Positions 1 to 17,824 of a DNA stretch of 64,000 nucleotides are shown in pieces. The stretch is from NCBI GenBank assembly GCA_002269645.1, contig NIVC01002879.1, positions 1 to 64,000 on the forward strand. The letters are read 5' to 3'. Every line of letters starts with the position of its first letter. The stretch's first letter is position 1. A program made the translations under genes and the position numbers. Origin of the DNA: Macrostomum lignano (Eukaryota). The notes under the pieces were generated by a model that was given only the letters and a program-made list of their open reading frames with translations, did no database searches and was not told where the DNA came from.

Positions 1-10
1 CCTGCGCAAC

Positions 11-135
11 TCTTCTGCAACTATCTATAACTGACTGACTAACTAACTAACTAACTAACTAACTGACTAACTGACTGACTAACTAACTAACTAATTAGCT
101 AACTAACTAACTAACTAACTAACTGACTAACTAAG

Positions 136-178
<43 letters not shown>

Positions 179-209
179 GTAACTAACTAACTAACTAACT
201 AACTAACTG

Positions 210-244
<35 letters not shown>

Positions 245-245
245 G

Positions 246-280
<35 letters not shown>

Positions 281-305
281 GACTAACTAACTAACTAACT
301 AACTG

Positions 306-348
<43 letters not shown>

Positions 349-412
349 GACTAACTAACTAACTAACTAACTGACTAACTAACTAACTGACTAACTAACT
401 AACTAACTGACC

Positions 413-476
<64 letters not shown>

Positions 477-601
477 GACTAACTAACTAACTAACTAACT
501 AACTGACTAACTAACTAACTGACTAACTAACTAACTAACTGACCAACTAACTAACTAACTAACTAACTTACTAACTAACTAAATAACTAACTAACTAACT
601 G

Positions 602-684
<83 letters not shown>

Positions 685-885
685 GACTGACTGACTAACT
701 AACTAACTAAAACAATAATTAACTAACTAACTAACTAAATAACTAACTAACTGACTAACTAACTAACTAACTAACAACAAACAAACAAAAAACAAACAGA
801 CTAATTAACTAACTGACTAACTAACTAACTAACCAACTAACTGACTAACTAACTAACTAAATAAATAACTAACTAACTAACTAAA

Positions 886-944
<59 letters not shown>

Positions 945-945
945 G
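11..945. repeat. (AACT)n microsatellite with GACT variants
   Basis: Direct reading: an almost continuous actaacta/actgacta run. Confidence 0.97.
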
Positions 946-1369
946 CTAAATTGAACTCCGTTCAGTATCTTACTCAACTAAACTGTCTCACGGAATTCGC
1001 AGACCATGTCACTCATTAAGTTTTTATGATTAATGTCTATCAGTGCCAGTCAGATTAAATTTAATGCAACAATAATGACAAGATTGCGCATTCAGGTTGC
1101 GTGTACGGAGCGAGGAGGCGCTAATTCTCAGCGGCCCACAATGGGACGATTCGAAGGGGAAAGCTAACATCCTTGAGCTGATGAAGTGTCTGCACGCCCC
1201 GCTGATCAGCCAGTTTCGTGAGCTCAAATAATTCGCTTATCATAAAATATTAAAATATAATTATTTCGAGTCGAAACTCATTAGTTTAATTTCTAGTGGA
1301 CTCAACGCATAATAGTGGAACAACCTAGGGCTATTATTTTTACTGCGCCGAAACGAGAAAGGTGCGCAA

Positions 1370-1575
1370 GAACGTGTTGTGCTGGAGACCTTCTCAAACA
1401 AGAACCAAGTCGCCAGCCTTCCCAGACCGTCGTGATGTTCAACGATTCTTTCAGAAGGCAGCCTTGTCAAGCCTCCAAATTTCATCAGCACGTCGACCAC
1501 ATCTGTCTGCATCAGCTCTGACTTCGTTGGTCACTGGCCTTCATCCAGGCGGAGCTTCTGGACCTTCAACGAGTT
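1370..1575 (-). mobile_element. Degenerate repeat fragment, inverted copy of 2985-3245; possibly an LTR-retrotransposon integrase tail
   Basis: Reverse complement matches 2985-3245 (GAAGGTCCAGAAGCTCCGCCTGG...GGCTGGCGACTT). An AGDLVLV-like peptide hints weakly at BEL/Pao, but the frame is broken by stops. Confidence 0.4.
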
Positions 1576-1779
1576 CTTGTTCTTGTTTATCCGGAATCTG
1601 AATTTAACTCAGCCCCCCCACCCCGTCTGAATTTCTATTGGTCGGTTGGAATGCTGACTGTGTTATACAGCCAGCTCTATATAGCTAGCCTAAGGTATGA
1701 CGGGACTTGAAATTTCACTTTTTAATCTCTTCTGTGGCGTGGTAAACAGCTCGGGTGTTGGAATCACTAAAGAAGGTAA

Positions 1780-5795
<4,016 letters not shown>

Positions 5796-6189
5796 ATAAT
5801 GATGACCTCGACAGGTTGTCGGCTGCAACAACGCGATACTGTGAACTTTTCTTCTCTGTTTAATGTTTACGGATCAATAAACTATTTAATCTTCATTAGA
5901 GATGGCATGGCAATATGCGATTAACCCGCTAAAAAAACCGTTAAACTCATAGCTGGCCACCATATTTAAACAGCTTTAAAATTTATTCAAACATACTGCA
6001 TGTATCAATTGACAAGTACTAAAAGGGCTGATTTAACTTAACTTAATACCTTAATTTAATTTAGTTTAATTTAGGAGCGGGTAGTCAAGCGCCTTTAAAT
6101 ATTTTCCCTTTAAATCAACTATTATGTCCTGATACAACGATAACTTCTAGTCTAGCGGTCCTTGCTCCAAAGCAGGGATGGAATGGATG

Positions 6190-6600
6190 GAGTGGCTGGC
6201 GCGAGCTGAGTTTGGCGGCGTGGGTGGCGGCGGAAGGGGTGTAGAAAATACAGATAAGACAAGCTTGTTGGTTAGGCCATGGCGTATCAAAGAGAGCGGT
6301 TATAGAGTAATTAGGTCAGCCAGTCGGAAAGATAGGTGTGAAAGTGATCCCGCTAAACGGAGGGAGAGAGGGATTGGCTGGTGTGGAGTGAGATTGGTCT
6401 CGTGGGCTGGCGGCGAAGGGGATTTGGGGGTAGAAAATACAGATAAGACAAGCTTGTTGGGTAGGGCAAGGCGTATCAAAGAGTGCGCGGTTATAGAGAA
6501 AATAGGTCAGCCAATCGGAAAGGGTGTGAAATTGATTCCCACTAACGGAGAGAGAGGGATTGGCTGGTGTGGAGTGAGATTGGTTTAGTGGGGGTGGTGG
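6190..6600. repeat. Approximately 190-bp tandem duplication (two copies)
   Basis: GTAGAAAATACAGATAAGACAAGCTTGTTGG...GGAGAGAGGGATTGGCTGGTGTGGAGTGAGATTGGT occurs twice. Confidence 0.85.
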
Positions 6601-8184
6601 CGTGCGATAGAAAATAAAAACAAGGCAAGGTCAAGGTCATAAAACCGAACCAACCAAACTGGTTGCTCTTCGGTGCACACTGGCTCGTATTTACCCACTA
6701 ATCCTGCAGTTGAGGCATCAATTCATTGATGACACAAAGCCAAGGTGACAAAGCTACAATAAATCAAAATGTACAAAGACGCATAATCAAGCATTTTTTA
6801 TCTCTTTTGATGACGATGCAAGCAAGGCTTAAAGCAATCGCATCTACAATACCAACTTAACACTTAGCACACATAGTAGCGAGGATATAGGATTCAATGT
6901 GTTACACGCATGTTGTCCTTCAATTATTAAAGGACAACAAATAACATCTTGAAGCAATTGCTTGAAGATGTTATTGCTATTGCATTCCTATGTTATTGCA
7001 TTCCTATTATTTTTAAGGTCCAATCAAAGATTTTAAAAAAGAACCAAAAGGCGATATTCAATGTCTTTGTCATCTTTATTAACAATGCCCTACTCAAGAA
7101 TTGGCAAAAGTATTCAAGGTAATTTAATTAACTTTATCTTCGATACAGTGTCGTATATTCTCTAGAATGCAATTTTTGTCTGCACGCCTATAGGCTATAC
7201 TTAGCTGTTCCATTTTTTTGGTTAAATCTGTAATCAGCAAACAATCGATTTCTGAGAGGACTCAAATAATTGATTTGCTATAAGCTTAATGTTTACACCG
7301 TTAAAAAAACTATTTTTGAGACATTTAAAGTTCGCCACAGATGCATATTGTGATCCATGCGACTGCAGTACATTTAAGTACAAAAGAAGATCTTTTTAAA
7401 GAAAAGAAAACACGCAAGCCAATTTGAGTCGCAATAAAGAAAATTAACATTCTTCATATGGTTCGTCATTTTTGCTAACTAATGTAGCCTCGTAATTTAC
7501 AAATTCTAAATGCTTCCATTTACAACGGTAAAAAAATAGGAATGCACTACTTACCAGAAGGACTTGTAAGTAGTATGCACAGCATTGTTAAAGAAGCAGT
7601 TAAAGTCTCACTTCTGATCCTGGTTTCGGTAAGTAATTAAAGAAACTAAAACTTTCAACAAAACGATATAATTGCATGATTAAGCGAGAAACTATGGATT
7701 TTTCCTAGTCGGAACGTGATGGAAAAAAATTCTTGGAAAGTTATGACTCGCACAGAGGACGCTAAGGTGGCCACCACTTTTTGGAGGCGCGTCATATATA
7801 TGGAATGGAACTCTCTCATTGGCTGATGGGTCTCACGTCTCACCCTACTCTCACCATAATTCTCATACCTAGCTACACGACTTTAATGTACCTCAAACTA
7901 CATTTACTTTTACATGTGTCTCAGTGTCCTTTTTCACATTTATAGTATCTGAGACACTACTCATAGTAAAAAATTACGCCAGTTTTAAAGATTTTTCAAC
8001 AAGCGTTTGCAATTGTTTCGTGTTTTATATACATGTAGTTACAGAACATGCACAAATAGAAAAGTATATAGTTAAAGAAGCACGCAGAAGCACGCAACTA
8101 GAGCGTTATGGACAAGCATTCAAGCATACAAACCTTAGAGATTTGGTATATTTAGATTTGCATGAATGAAATTGGTAAAAATAA

Positions 8185-8833
8185 TATTGCTTTTGTCAGC
8201 CTAACTGAGAATAAAGCCATCCAAAGTGAGAATCCTGCCTACGCTGACTGCGAAGGGCCTGGCTGCCTGCAGCCTTAGTCTATGAGCCATAGACTATAAA
8301 GGACAAGCAAAGTGATACAAAGCCATCCAATGTGAGAATCGATTGGTCTATGCGTCGTGTATTCTTTTATTTTATACCTTCTGAGCCATATGACTAGCCA
8401 ATAGCTTGAACGAAATAACGGAAACAGGAACACACTGGATGATACAGTACAGTAAAGTAAAGAGTTAAAATAGCCGTCCCTCAATGCACTGCCCAAAGAG
8501 TCGTCTGCAATGCAGGTCCCACGCGGCAGCTTTCCCAGCAGTGACTGTCGTCAATCGCTTCGCGCGCCTCCCTCTCTAACAGCATGTTCCTGTTTCCGTT
8601 ATTCCGTTCAAGCTATTGGCTAGTCATATGGCTCAGAAGGTATAAAAATAAAATAATACACGACGCATAGACCAATCGATTCTCACATTGGATGGCTTTT
8701 TATCACTTTGCTTGTCCTTTATAGTCTATGGCTCATAGACTAAGGCTGCACGCAGCCAGGCCCTTCGCAGTCAGCGTAGGCAGGATTCTCACTTTGGATG
8801 GCTTTATTCTCAGTTAGGCTGACAAAAGCAATA
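8185..8833. mobile_element. Foldback element with approximately 245-bp terminal inverted repeats
   Basis: 8185-8430 is the near-perfect reverse complement of 8586-8833 (TATTGCTTTTGTCAGCC...GGCTGACAAAAGCAATA), possibly with a TA TSD. Each arm contains TAGTCTATG-AGC-CATAGACTA. Confidence 0.9.
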
Positions 8834-10424
8834 CTTGCTTACATGTCAGAAAATCAGAAACTAAAAAACTTACAAGAATTCTGGGGTATTTTTAAATTTG
8901 GAAGCCCTAATTTTTTAAATTCACTCGCGGTTGTAGCCATAGAATTGCGGCTGCCATGTGCCATCACAGCAGACTCGTTTTGTGAGGACTCGCTGGTAGA
9001 TCTTCACCAGCTACAGCGTCCAGATGGTGCAGTCCGTCTTTTTGCGCGGAAACTGCACCAGCAGAACGCCGCCACCTTCAGCATCTCATCGTTGCGATCT
9101 CAAATCTCTGGAGTCAGCCGCCCTTGCCGAGCGTTCACCGAGTCCACACAGACAGCACCAAATGCACCAAATGTACAAAACTTAATTGTGTGTGAAACAC
9201 ATCCAAATATGTTGGACGATCGGCCTAGAGTTTCAGAAATGTGTCCGCATAATCGGCCGCTGCTTTGCCGAGCTCCAGCGTGTGGTCTGCCTTGGAGTGC
9301 TGACAATCGCTGCACTGGTTCTCGTTCCATGCAGATCCGCCACAGCTCAAACACTTGCAGCTTCTTCTTGATCTGCATTAGCAACAGAGGGAATGTACAG
9401 CCGAGTCGAGTGATTCCAAAGTGACTTCAGCGAGCCTCGGATACGACTCTACGGCCCCAGAGTGCTTTGTCCCCCCACCCCACCTTGTGGCGTTGTGGTA
9501 ATCAATAATATTTCTTCAGGGCGCCAAAATGAGTATCTGCTCCTCCTAAATGAGTGCTTGCGTCGCCAAAATGAGTGCCTGTGGCACTAAAATGAGTGCC
9601 TGCGGCGCTAAAATGAGCGCTGACAACACGATTCTCAAAATAATGGATATTTACCGTAATAACTTAGTCATGTACATGTACATGTTGAATTCTTGGCTTT
9701 GTCCCCCCAACATAAAATCCATGGCGACGCCCTTGATAGAAGCACCCCATGCAGAGTCACTTCCCGAGAAAAAAACAAACCAAACTTGCCAAGTACTTGT
9801 AAGTCAACAATACAACCTCGTGGCAAGTACCGCCTAAGTACTTTCCAAGTTTTCCAAGCACATACAATAAGTAGCTACTTTCCAAGTATGCAATGTTTTC
9901 TTAAGTCACTTCTCAAGTACTTTCCAAGTATATTTCGTGCGCGGGAACTTTTACCGTGACTTATTGTCGTTTTAGAATCGTCTAGAACTCCCTTTTTACC
10001 TATGTTACCAGCAACAACAACAAAAAAGTACACTGGATAGTCTCTAGTGTCACAAGGCGCGTCTCAAAGCCAGAGTGCGAACATAGGCCGCTCCGCCGGC
10101 AGAGTCCGGGGCGCCGGCGTCAGCCAGCAGGCAGTCGACGAAACGACGATTGCGCGCCTGTCCCCGCCGGTAGGGTGCCTGCAGCGTGAGCAGCAGCACC
10201 TCCTGCACCTGCTGGGGGCAGTACGACTCGGCGTTTCGTCGACTGCCTGCTGGCTGATATGTTACCAGCATTGACTCTAAAACGACTCTGGGGCGATGCA
10301 AGTTACTCTGAGACGCTCCTTGGCCTGGGTACCGTATTTCATCGGACAGCGCCGCGGACTTTGAATTGAAAGTCCTGAAAGATGTTCGTTACCTATTCTT
10401 GGGTCAACAAACATCTGGCGTTGG

Positions 10425-10715
10425 CGGTTGTGTAGCCAACAGGGGGTTGTAGTGCGCCGGACTCACGACTGAAAGGTCGGGGGTTCGATACCAGATCCCA
10501 TTCGGAACAATTTGTGTCCTTGAGCAAGACTCTGCATTCAACTCTGCATTGCTTCAGTTCACCCAGCTGTACTTCGTAAAATGGGTGCCAGCATTAGCTG
10601 GGGTAATTGAGGGGGTGTGTGGTGACCCCCTCTCCAGTCCTTGGACTGAACAGCCGTACGCTGAGCTGTCGGTTGCACATCTGGCCATTAGGGGAGGTGT
10701 ATCTACGAGCTAATT
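10425..10715 (+). mobile_element. tRNA-derived SINE, family A
   Basis: B-box GGTTCGATACC, core TGTGTCCTTGAGCAAGAC and AAAATGGGTGCCAGC; homologous to 37138 and 61560. Confidence 0.8.
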
Positions 10716-11836
10716 ATTATGATTATATTCTTTGTCAAGCCGATGAGCAGAGCTACGAGAAGCTGGATTGCGCCTGCAGCGGCTGCTGTGCGAAAAGTCC
10801 AACTTGCTCCTATTCAAGCAGCAGGCGGTGTCGCGGAGGCCGCCGTAGTTGCCGCAGGCCGCGCACCGCAAGTTGAGTTACGGGCTGGCTGGGGCGCCAT
10901 TGAAAATTATGAATTTTGGTTGGTTCATTTCTCGTGTACCGACCTAAATTCCTTCTTGCACTGGTATTTGGATTTGTACAGTAGGTGAGGTTGGACATAG
11001 TAGAAGCCTGGTGAAACGACTAAGAGCATATTTATTGACTCTGAAGACCCTGCGCTGAGAGTTGAAAGTTGTTGAATCGGCTATTTGGCCAGCCAATTGA
11101 ATGAGGTTTGAAGAATGCTTATTGAAAATGTATCATGTGATCATGTGATCAGGAGGAATTTACGGATTTTTTTACCATTTTTAAGCTATACAAAAAATTT
11201 CTACTTCGATCTGCTTGCAAAGTTCATCTACTCTCTGATTGGTTGAAACTGTCTAGACCAATAGCAGCCCATGTACGCTTGTCCTCCAATAACCACTATT
11301 CCCATAAATTGGTTAAGCAGGAAGGCACTTCGAACTCTTCTCTTTGCCGTGTGAAAGACAATTTGAACTGGCAAAGTCGACTTCTTTTCGTTTCTTCAGC
11401 CAAACGCAGACGTTTAAATCGGTAAGACATGCCGATCTCCTGCTGTTAATTAACCAGTAACAATTAAAATTCACTTTTGACCTTTTAAAATATGAATTGA
11501 TTCATTAGTAATTTATGATGTCGCAAATTTTAATTTCATCTCTCACCAAAAATTGACTTTCTTCTAAATTTCTTTTTTTGCGACCTGACCAATATCTACT
11601 GGATAAAATTCAATAATGCAACTGTCAAAAAAATGAACCAAAAGGTTTAAGCTATTTGATGAAGCTATCTGTCACTTTAACGCCTTCAGCTACGTAAACA
11701 GAGTTACAATTTTGATTGAAATTTCACTGAAATCTGTCCGATTTTCCAACCTCTAAATCACATCAGTTTTAAAGCCGCCCCTAACCTCTTTAAATACGGG
11801 ACTAGGAGCTTTTTAAGCTTGCACAACTAAGTATAT

Positions 11837-11970
11837 AATCTTTGTCTGTTCTTTTGGTTCCTATGGCAGAGAAAGGCCGAGGACGCTGTTCTCAGGCCGA
11901 GGCGAAGCCGATGCCTTAGAATTGCGTCCGAGGTCTTTCTGCCATAGACACCAAAAGAACAGACAAAGAT
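11837..11970. mobile_element. Small foldback element
   Basis: ATCTTTGTCTGTTCTTTTGG...CTATGGCAGA is inverted relative to TCTGCCATAGACACCAAAAGAACAGACAAAGAT. Confidence 0.7.
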
Positions 11971-12039
11971 CGTACTTAATCTACAGATATTGGAAGCGAC
12001 TGGGAGTGGGAGTGAGGTATTCGTCAAAAGCGCATTTAA

Positions 12040-12788
12040 CCATAGACATAAAAATTCAAGTTAAAGATTCGATGCCTAAATTAAAAGCGAGAAAGGAAAG
12101 GTTTGGGCAGCTAGAGAAAATCAGAGAGAACTGAGAATCATGGAACACGACTTGGAACTCGCTTTCGACTGGTTGAATGACATTGAATTGAGAGAAAACG
12201 AGGCTTGTATAGTTGCTTTACTGCCCGATGACGAGGTTGCTGAAAGGATTGACGCTGCTGTGCCGGAATCGACACGCCGGAAGGAACGATGGGCACTAAA
12301 GCTATTTTCTCAAAATTCTAAATTCTCAAACCAGTCTCTAAGGAAGACTTGTGCCAGCACGTTGCATCGGGCTGGACTGGCTAGGGACGATATAGTCCGC
12401 GTCACTGGACATTCGTCCAACGCAATTGAGAGGTACATACGGCTAGACGTCCAGGACCATTCGCGTATGACCTACGCTCTACACGCCGGAGGAGACGTGG
12501 AGTCCAACGGGCGGACCAATGAGCAAGATGTCGTGTCTGAGGGTCCTACCAAGAAGATGCGCATGACTGTCCACGGTGACACCAACACCGTAGAAATCAT
12601 GTTCGAGTGAATCGGCAAGAATGAATCGGTCGTTACTGCTGTTGATAGTTTATACTTCTAATGGACTAACTGACAAATTATAGTCGTTCTAAAATGTCCT
12701 CAGGCCTTGTTCTTAGGCCTGTTAACCGGTTAACAGGCCTCGTTTTGAGTTCTCAGGCTTCGTTTTTTAGTGAGGTTTGGCCATAGAC
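12040..12788 (+). mobile_element. Internally deleted Crypton-type tyrosine-recombinase transposon
   Basis: ORF 12140-12610 joins an N-terminal AAVPESTRRKERWALKLF segment directly to the C-terminal YR boxes FSNQSLRKTCAS...VTGHSSNAIERY (HxxR box with H>Q, second His, catalytic Tyr). The first catalytic Arg region is missing. CCATAGAC direct repeats at 12040 and 12781. Confidence 0.8.
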
Positions 12789-12859
12789 TATCGTTCCACT
12801 AGAAAAGAAGGAGCCTAGGAATTTAGTGTGAACCGTCATATATGTAGGTTAAATTCGTT

Positions 12860-13190
12860 TCCCTCCCACTCCCTCACTGTCTACCCCTTCACTGTCTCCC
12901 TCACTCCCTCACTCTCACCCTCACTCCCTCACTCCCTCAGTGTCTACATCATTCCCTCACTGTCTCCCTCACTCTCTCACTGTCTCCCTCACTCCCTCAC
13001 TCTCACCCTCACTCCCTCACTCCCTCAGTGTCTACATCATTCCCTCACTGTCTCCCTCACTCTCTCACTGTCTCCCTCACTCCCTCACTCTCACCCTCAC
13101 CCCCTCATTCTCACCCTCACTCTCGCACTCTCTCCCTCACTCTCTCTCTCACTCTCTCACTGTCTCCCTCACTCTCTCACTGTCTCCTTC
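12860..13190. repeat. Pyrimidine-rich (CTCCCTCA/CTCTCA) low-complexity tandem repeat
   Basis: Direct reading. Confidence 0.9.
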
Positions 13191-13468
13191 ATAAGCTGCC
13201 TCTGTCTGTATTCATATTTCCAAATTGTCTCCAAAGTAGATATTTTTATTCTCCAACATTTTGGAAATTTCCTGTCAATACTGTAATTAGCGATAATCAA
13301 GTTTTTATTTAGCAAGAATATTTTGAAACACAACTTGATCAACATACACAGCTATTCTTCTTTCTTCTCGCCGTTATTGGCAGAATTTTATAGGCTATGG
13401 TATCAATTTTATCCAAAAACCGGGACAAACTCTTCACTTCACCTACATTTCCAGGTCAAAAATTCATC

Positions 13469-16400
13469 ATGAAGATCACAATTCTGACGCTCACCCTGTG
13501 CGCCCTGATGCTAGCTGGAATGGCCAACTGCCGGCCTAGCAACTATCCGCTGGATCATGAGGCAGAGGCTGCTGCAGTTCAACAACACAGGTTAGTGCTA
13601 GATGAAGGTACAGAATGGATTGCTAATCTATAGCCATATCTGCTGGGTGAAGGAACAGAATGGATTGCTAATCTATAGCCATATCTGCTGGGTGAAGGAA
13701 CAGAATGGATTGCTAATCTATAGCCATATCTGCTGGGTGAAGGAACAGAATGGATTGCTAATCTATAGCCATATCTGCTGGGTGAAGGAACAATGGATTG
13801 CTAATCTATAGCCATATCTGCTGGGTGAAGGAACAGAATGGATTGCTAATCTATAGCCATATCTGCTGGGTGAAGGAACAGAATGGATTGCTAATCTATA
13901 GCCATATCTGCTGGGTGAAGGAACAGAATGGATTGCTAATCTATAGCCATATCTGCTGGGTGAAGGAACAATGGATTGCTAATCTATAGCCATATCTGCT
14001 GGGTGAAGGAACAGAATGGATTGCTAATCTATAGCCATATCTGCTGGGTGAATGAACAGAATGGATTGCTAATCTATAGCCATATCTGCTGGGTGAATGA
14101 ACAGAATGGATTGCTAATCTATAGCCATATCTGCTGGGTGAAGGAACAGAATGGATTGCTAATCTATAGCCATATCTGCTGGATGAAGGAACAGAATGGA
14201 TTGCTAATCTATAGCCATATCTGCTGGATGAAGGAACAGAATGGATTGCTAATCTATAGTCATATCTGCTGGGTGAAGGAACAGAATGGATTGCTAATCT
14301 ATAGCCATATCTGCTGGGTGAAGGAACAGAATGGATTGCTAATCTATAGCCATATCTGCTGGATGAAGGAACAGAATGGATTGCTAATCTATAGTCATAT
14401 CTGCTGGGTGAAGGAACAGAACGGATTGCTAATCTATAGGCATATCTGCTGGGTGAAGGAACAGAATGGATTGCTAATCTATAGCCATATCTGCTGGGTG
14501 AAGGAACAGAATGGATTGCTAATCTATAGGCATAATTGAGGGAAGCTAAGCAGTATCTTAGAACTCAAACTGGATATCTGAATGTTTTACAACCGACACC
14601 CAGCATAACTGTTTGCTTAAACCCAGAATCTGTTGGAAAAAGCAGTTTGTATTGTCAAAAAATTCTCACTGCAGTTTTGCTGAAACGATATCTAAGGGTT
14701 GACTGACAGTTTTAACACGTAGAAAACAGTGTTTGCTCAGTGATAGAGCCAGAGTTTGGCAAGGAAATCCACACAAGCAAGCCATTCATAGCTTCTGATT
14801 CTGGATGCCAATTAAAACTACGACGCTTAATTTCAACAGAGCTTCTCCTGTTGTAGCTTGCTGTAAGATGGTGCTGTAAAATGCTGTAGGGGTACTGTAA
14901 AAAGTGCTGTAGAGGGTGCTGTAGAAAGTTCTGTAGGGGTACTGTAAAAAGTGCTGTAGAAGGTGCTGTAGAAAGTTCTGTAGGGGTACTGTAAAAAGTG
15001 CTGTAGAGGGTGCTGTAGAAAGTTCTGTAGGGGTACTGTGAAAAGTGCTGTAGAAGGTGCTGTAGAAAGTTCTGTAGGGGTACTGTAAAAAGCGCTGTAG
15101 AAGGTGCTGTAAAAAGTCCTGTCATAGCGAATGCTGTAAAAGAGACTGTAGAGGGTGGCTGTATTTAAGGCCATCTTGAAGGCGCTGCTAGACAGGCTGT
15201 CCTGTTTGAATGCTAATTAAGTCTTGGAACTGTCTACTCAAGAAGCCTGCTGCCAGCCCTGTAATTAATATTTATTTAATTACTCCAGACGCCGCTACAA
15301 AATGGCTTTAATGATATAGCCAGAGATAGAATGTATCTATGCTCGTATACTGACTGCCGGAATTCATTTGATGCTCGACCAAGCTTGGACTGATCTCCTT
15401 GCGTCACATAAATTTATAGGCCCATTCTGAAGCGTCTGAGCTCCGATCACCGCCTCGCCGACCTGCTGTCATCGATAGAAAGGCTGGGATCCACCAGCGG
15501 ACAGTACGGGATCGACCTGCAGGCCAAGTGCGACTTTTGTGGATTCTGCATTGCTTGAAGATTGCTCTTTGTTGTAGACATGGTGTAGGTGGTGTAAAGG
15601 CGGGTGTAGAGGGAGGTGTAGAGAGAGGTGTAGAGAGAGTGTAGAGGGAGGTGTAGAGGGAGGTGTAGAGAGAGGTGTAGAGAGAGTTGTAGAGGAAGGT
15701 GTACAGAGAGGTGTACAGAGAGGTGTACAGAGAGTTGTAGAGAGAGGTGTAGAGGGAGGTGTAGAGGGAGGTGTAGAGAGAGGTGTAGAGAGAGTTGTAG
15801 AGAGAGTTGTAGAGAGAGGTGTAGAGGGAGGCGTAGAGAGAGGTGTAGAGAGAGTTGTAGAGGAAGGTGTACAGAGAGGTGTACAGAGAGGTGTACAGAG
15901 AGTTGTAGAGAGAGGTGTAGAGGGAGGTGTAGAGGGAGGTGTAGAGAGAGGTGTAGAGAGAGTTGTAGAGAGAGTTGTAGAGGGAGGTGTAGATGGAGGC
16001 GTAGAGAGAGGTGTAGAAGGTGTAGAGGGAGGTGTAGAAGGTGTAGAGGGAGGTGTAGAGGGAGGTGTAGAGGTAGGTGTAGAGAGAGGTGTAGAGGGAG
16101 GCGTAGAGAGAGGTGTAGAGGGAGGTGTAGAGGGAGCTGTAGAGGGTGCAATTTAAGGAGATCTAACGGTATTTTTCGCAAGAGTGGAGTACCAGATAAT
16201 ACTCTAAAGCAGGTACGAGTAGCTCGTAAATCTCCCCAACTTTCTCATATCCCAGCATCCCCATCCTGCACCCAGTCTCGCTCAATCTCTCTTAACTCTG
16301 ATTGGAAAGTCAACACGTACACTCGAAAAGAAACTTTTCATGTTTAAATCGAATACTGAATCGATTCCAGTATTGCAGCAGACGTGACGGATTACATATG

Positions 16401-17598
16401 ATAGTCTCGATTCTCGGTGTTATCTTTACCCTCAGCACACGAGTCTCTATTGCTTATGAATAATTTATTAGATACCAACTTGAGTGCCAATCTCTGTAGT
16501 AGTGTCTGCTCAGACTTCTCTTCAGTATTCTCCCTGTTTGCGGGCTCCGGCAATAAGCTGGGTCCAGAATCCAGTCCCGATTGTTAAATCTCATCAGAGA
16601 GCTCTGCGCGTTGGCGAGTTAAACCATTATCACCGGCTTATTAACCTCTGTAAACAAAACTGAATTTGTGCGCTCTCGTTCCTGCCCTCTCTGCCCTCTC
16701 CTCTCTGCCCTAGCCTCCCTACCCTACCCTCCCTGCCCTACCCTCCATACCCTACCCTCTCTGCCCTCTCCTCCCAGCCCTCTCTGCCCTCTCCTCTCTG
16801 CCCTACCCTCCCTACCCTACCCTCCCTGCCCTACCCTCCCTGCCCTCTCCTCCCTGCCCTCTCTGCCCTCTCCTCTCTGCCCTACCCTCCCTAACCTACC
16901 CTCCCTACCCTCCCTACCCTACCCTCCATGCCCTCTCCTCCCTGCCCTCTCTGCCCTCTCCTCTCTGCCCTACCCTCCCTAACCTATCCTCCCTACCCTC
17001 CCTACCCTACCCTCCATGCCCTCTCCTCCCTGCCCTCTCTGCCCTCTCCTCTCTGCCCTACCCTCCCTGCCCTACCCTCTTCCTGCCCTCTCCTTTCTGC
17101 CCTCTCCTCTCTGCCCTCTCCTCTCTGACCTACCCTCCATGCCCTACCCTCGATGCCCTACCCGCCTCTCCCCTCTCCTCTCTGCCCTCCCCTTTCTCCC
17201 TGCAATCGCCTAGACTAGTAGGTCGGCTCCCTGATCCCATCACCGAGTCCCCACTCCCACAGCACTTCCGCTCACCACCTTGCAGTCACGTGCGTGCAGC
17301 CAGTTTTCAATATTCAATTCAAATTTTGAACTTCCCCGCAACCAAGCCGTGTAGCTGCTGTTGTATTGTTAATCTATCAAAATTCAGGTATTCTCATTTG
17401 TGCAAAGCATGAGAGCGGGTTGATTAGAAAATCTCTGCCAGAGGGTTCACAAAATACTTAATCGTGAATTTTTTTCCTACAAAAACCTGTTTTTAATCAA
17501 GCACGCTTAAGCCGGTTGTGTTTCTATCATATTTCTGTGCCACTGCTTCATTCATTTTCAGTGGACGAAAGAAACGCGGCGTTCGAATGGAGAAGTGA
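13469..17598 (+). CDS. Secreted amidated neuropeptide precursor B (paralog of A)
   Basis: Exons 13469-13590, 15420-15527 and 17562-17598, phase-2 GT-AG introns at the same positions as in A. Signal peptide MKITILTLTLCALMLAGMANC, then [44 protein letters not shown]-stop. Confidence 0.85.
13612..14535. repeat. 45-bp minisatellite, about 20 copies, in intron 1 of precursor B
   Basis: Unit GAATGGATTGCTAATCTATAGCCATATCTGCTGGGTGAAGGAACA. Confidence 0.97.
14870..15150. repeat. 47-bp minisatellite
   Basis: CTGTAGAAAGTTCTGTAGGGGTACTGTAAAAAGTGCTGTAGAAGGTG repeats. Confidence 0.9.
15590..16150. repeat. 12-bp purine-rich minisatellite (GTAGAGAGAGGT)
   Basis: Direct reading; source of the spurious LHLP ORF. 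Confidence 0.95.
16680..17205. repeat. C/T-rich low-complexity repeat (CCCTA/CCCTCT)
   Basis: Direct reading. Confidence 0.92.
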
Positions 17599-17824
17599 CG
17601 AGACACACCAAGCTCTGAAAGCTTGTGACGAGGAACTTGAAATTTGACTAACGGTATTCTTGATCGAATTTCAGTTCGTTGTGGATGTCACCAACTGTAA
17701 TGAATTAACTAATAATTATTGAAACATCATTGAACTGCTACTATCAGTGAAATAAATTTGTTTAAAATCGTAACGCTGTTTTGACATTGCACGTAGCTAA
17801 AAGAGGCATTTTGGTCCTTTGATA

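Noticed and set aside
10719-11425. A third neuropeptide paralog (AKRRRLNR-like small exon at about 11400)
   Set aside because: No LSSDHR-type exon, no signal peptide and no Gly amidation signal could be found.
13602-14539. Regular 45-bp repeats resembling a CRISPR array
   Set aside because: The units are contiguous with no unique spacers, there are no cas genes, and the array lies in a eukaryotic intron.
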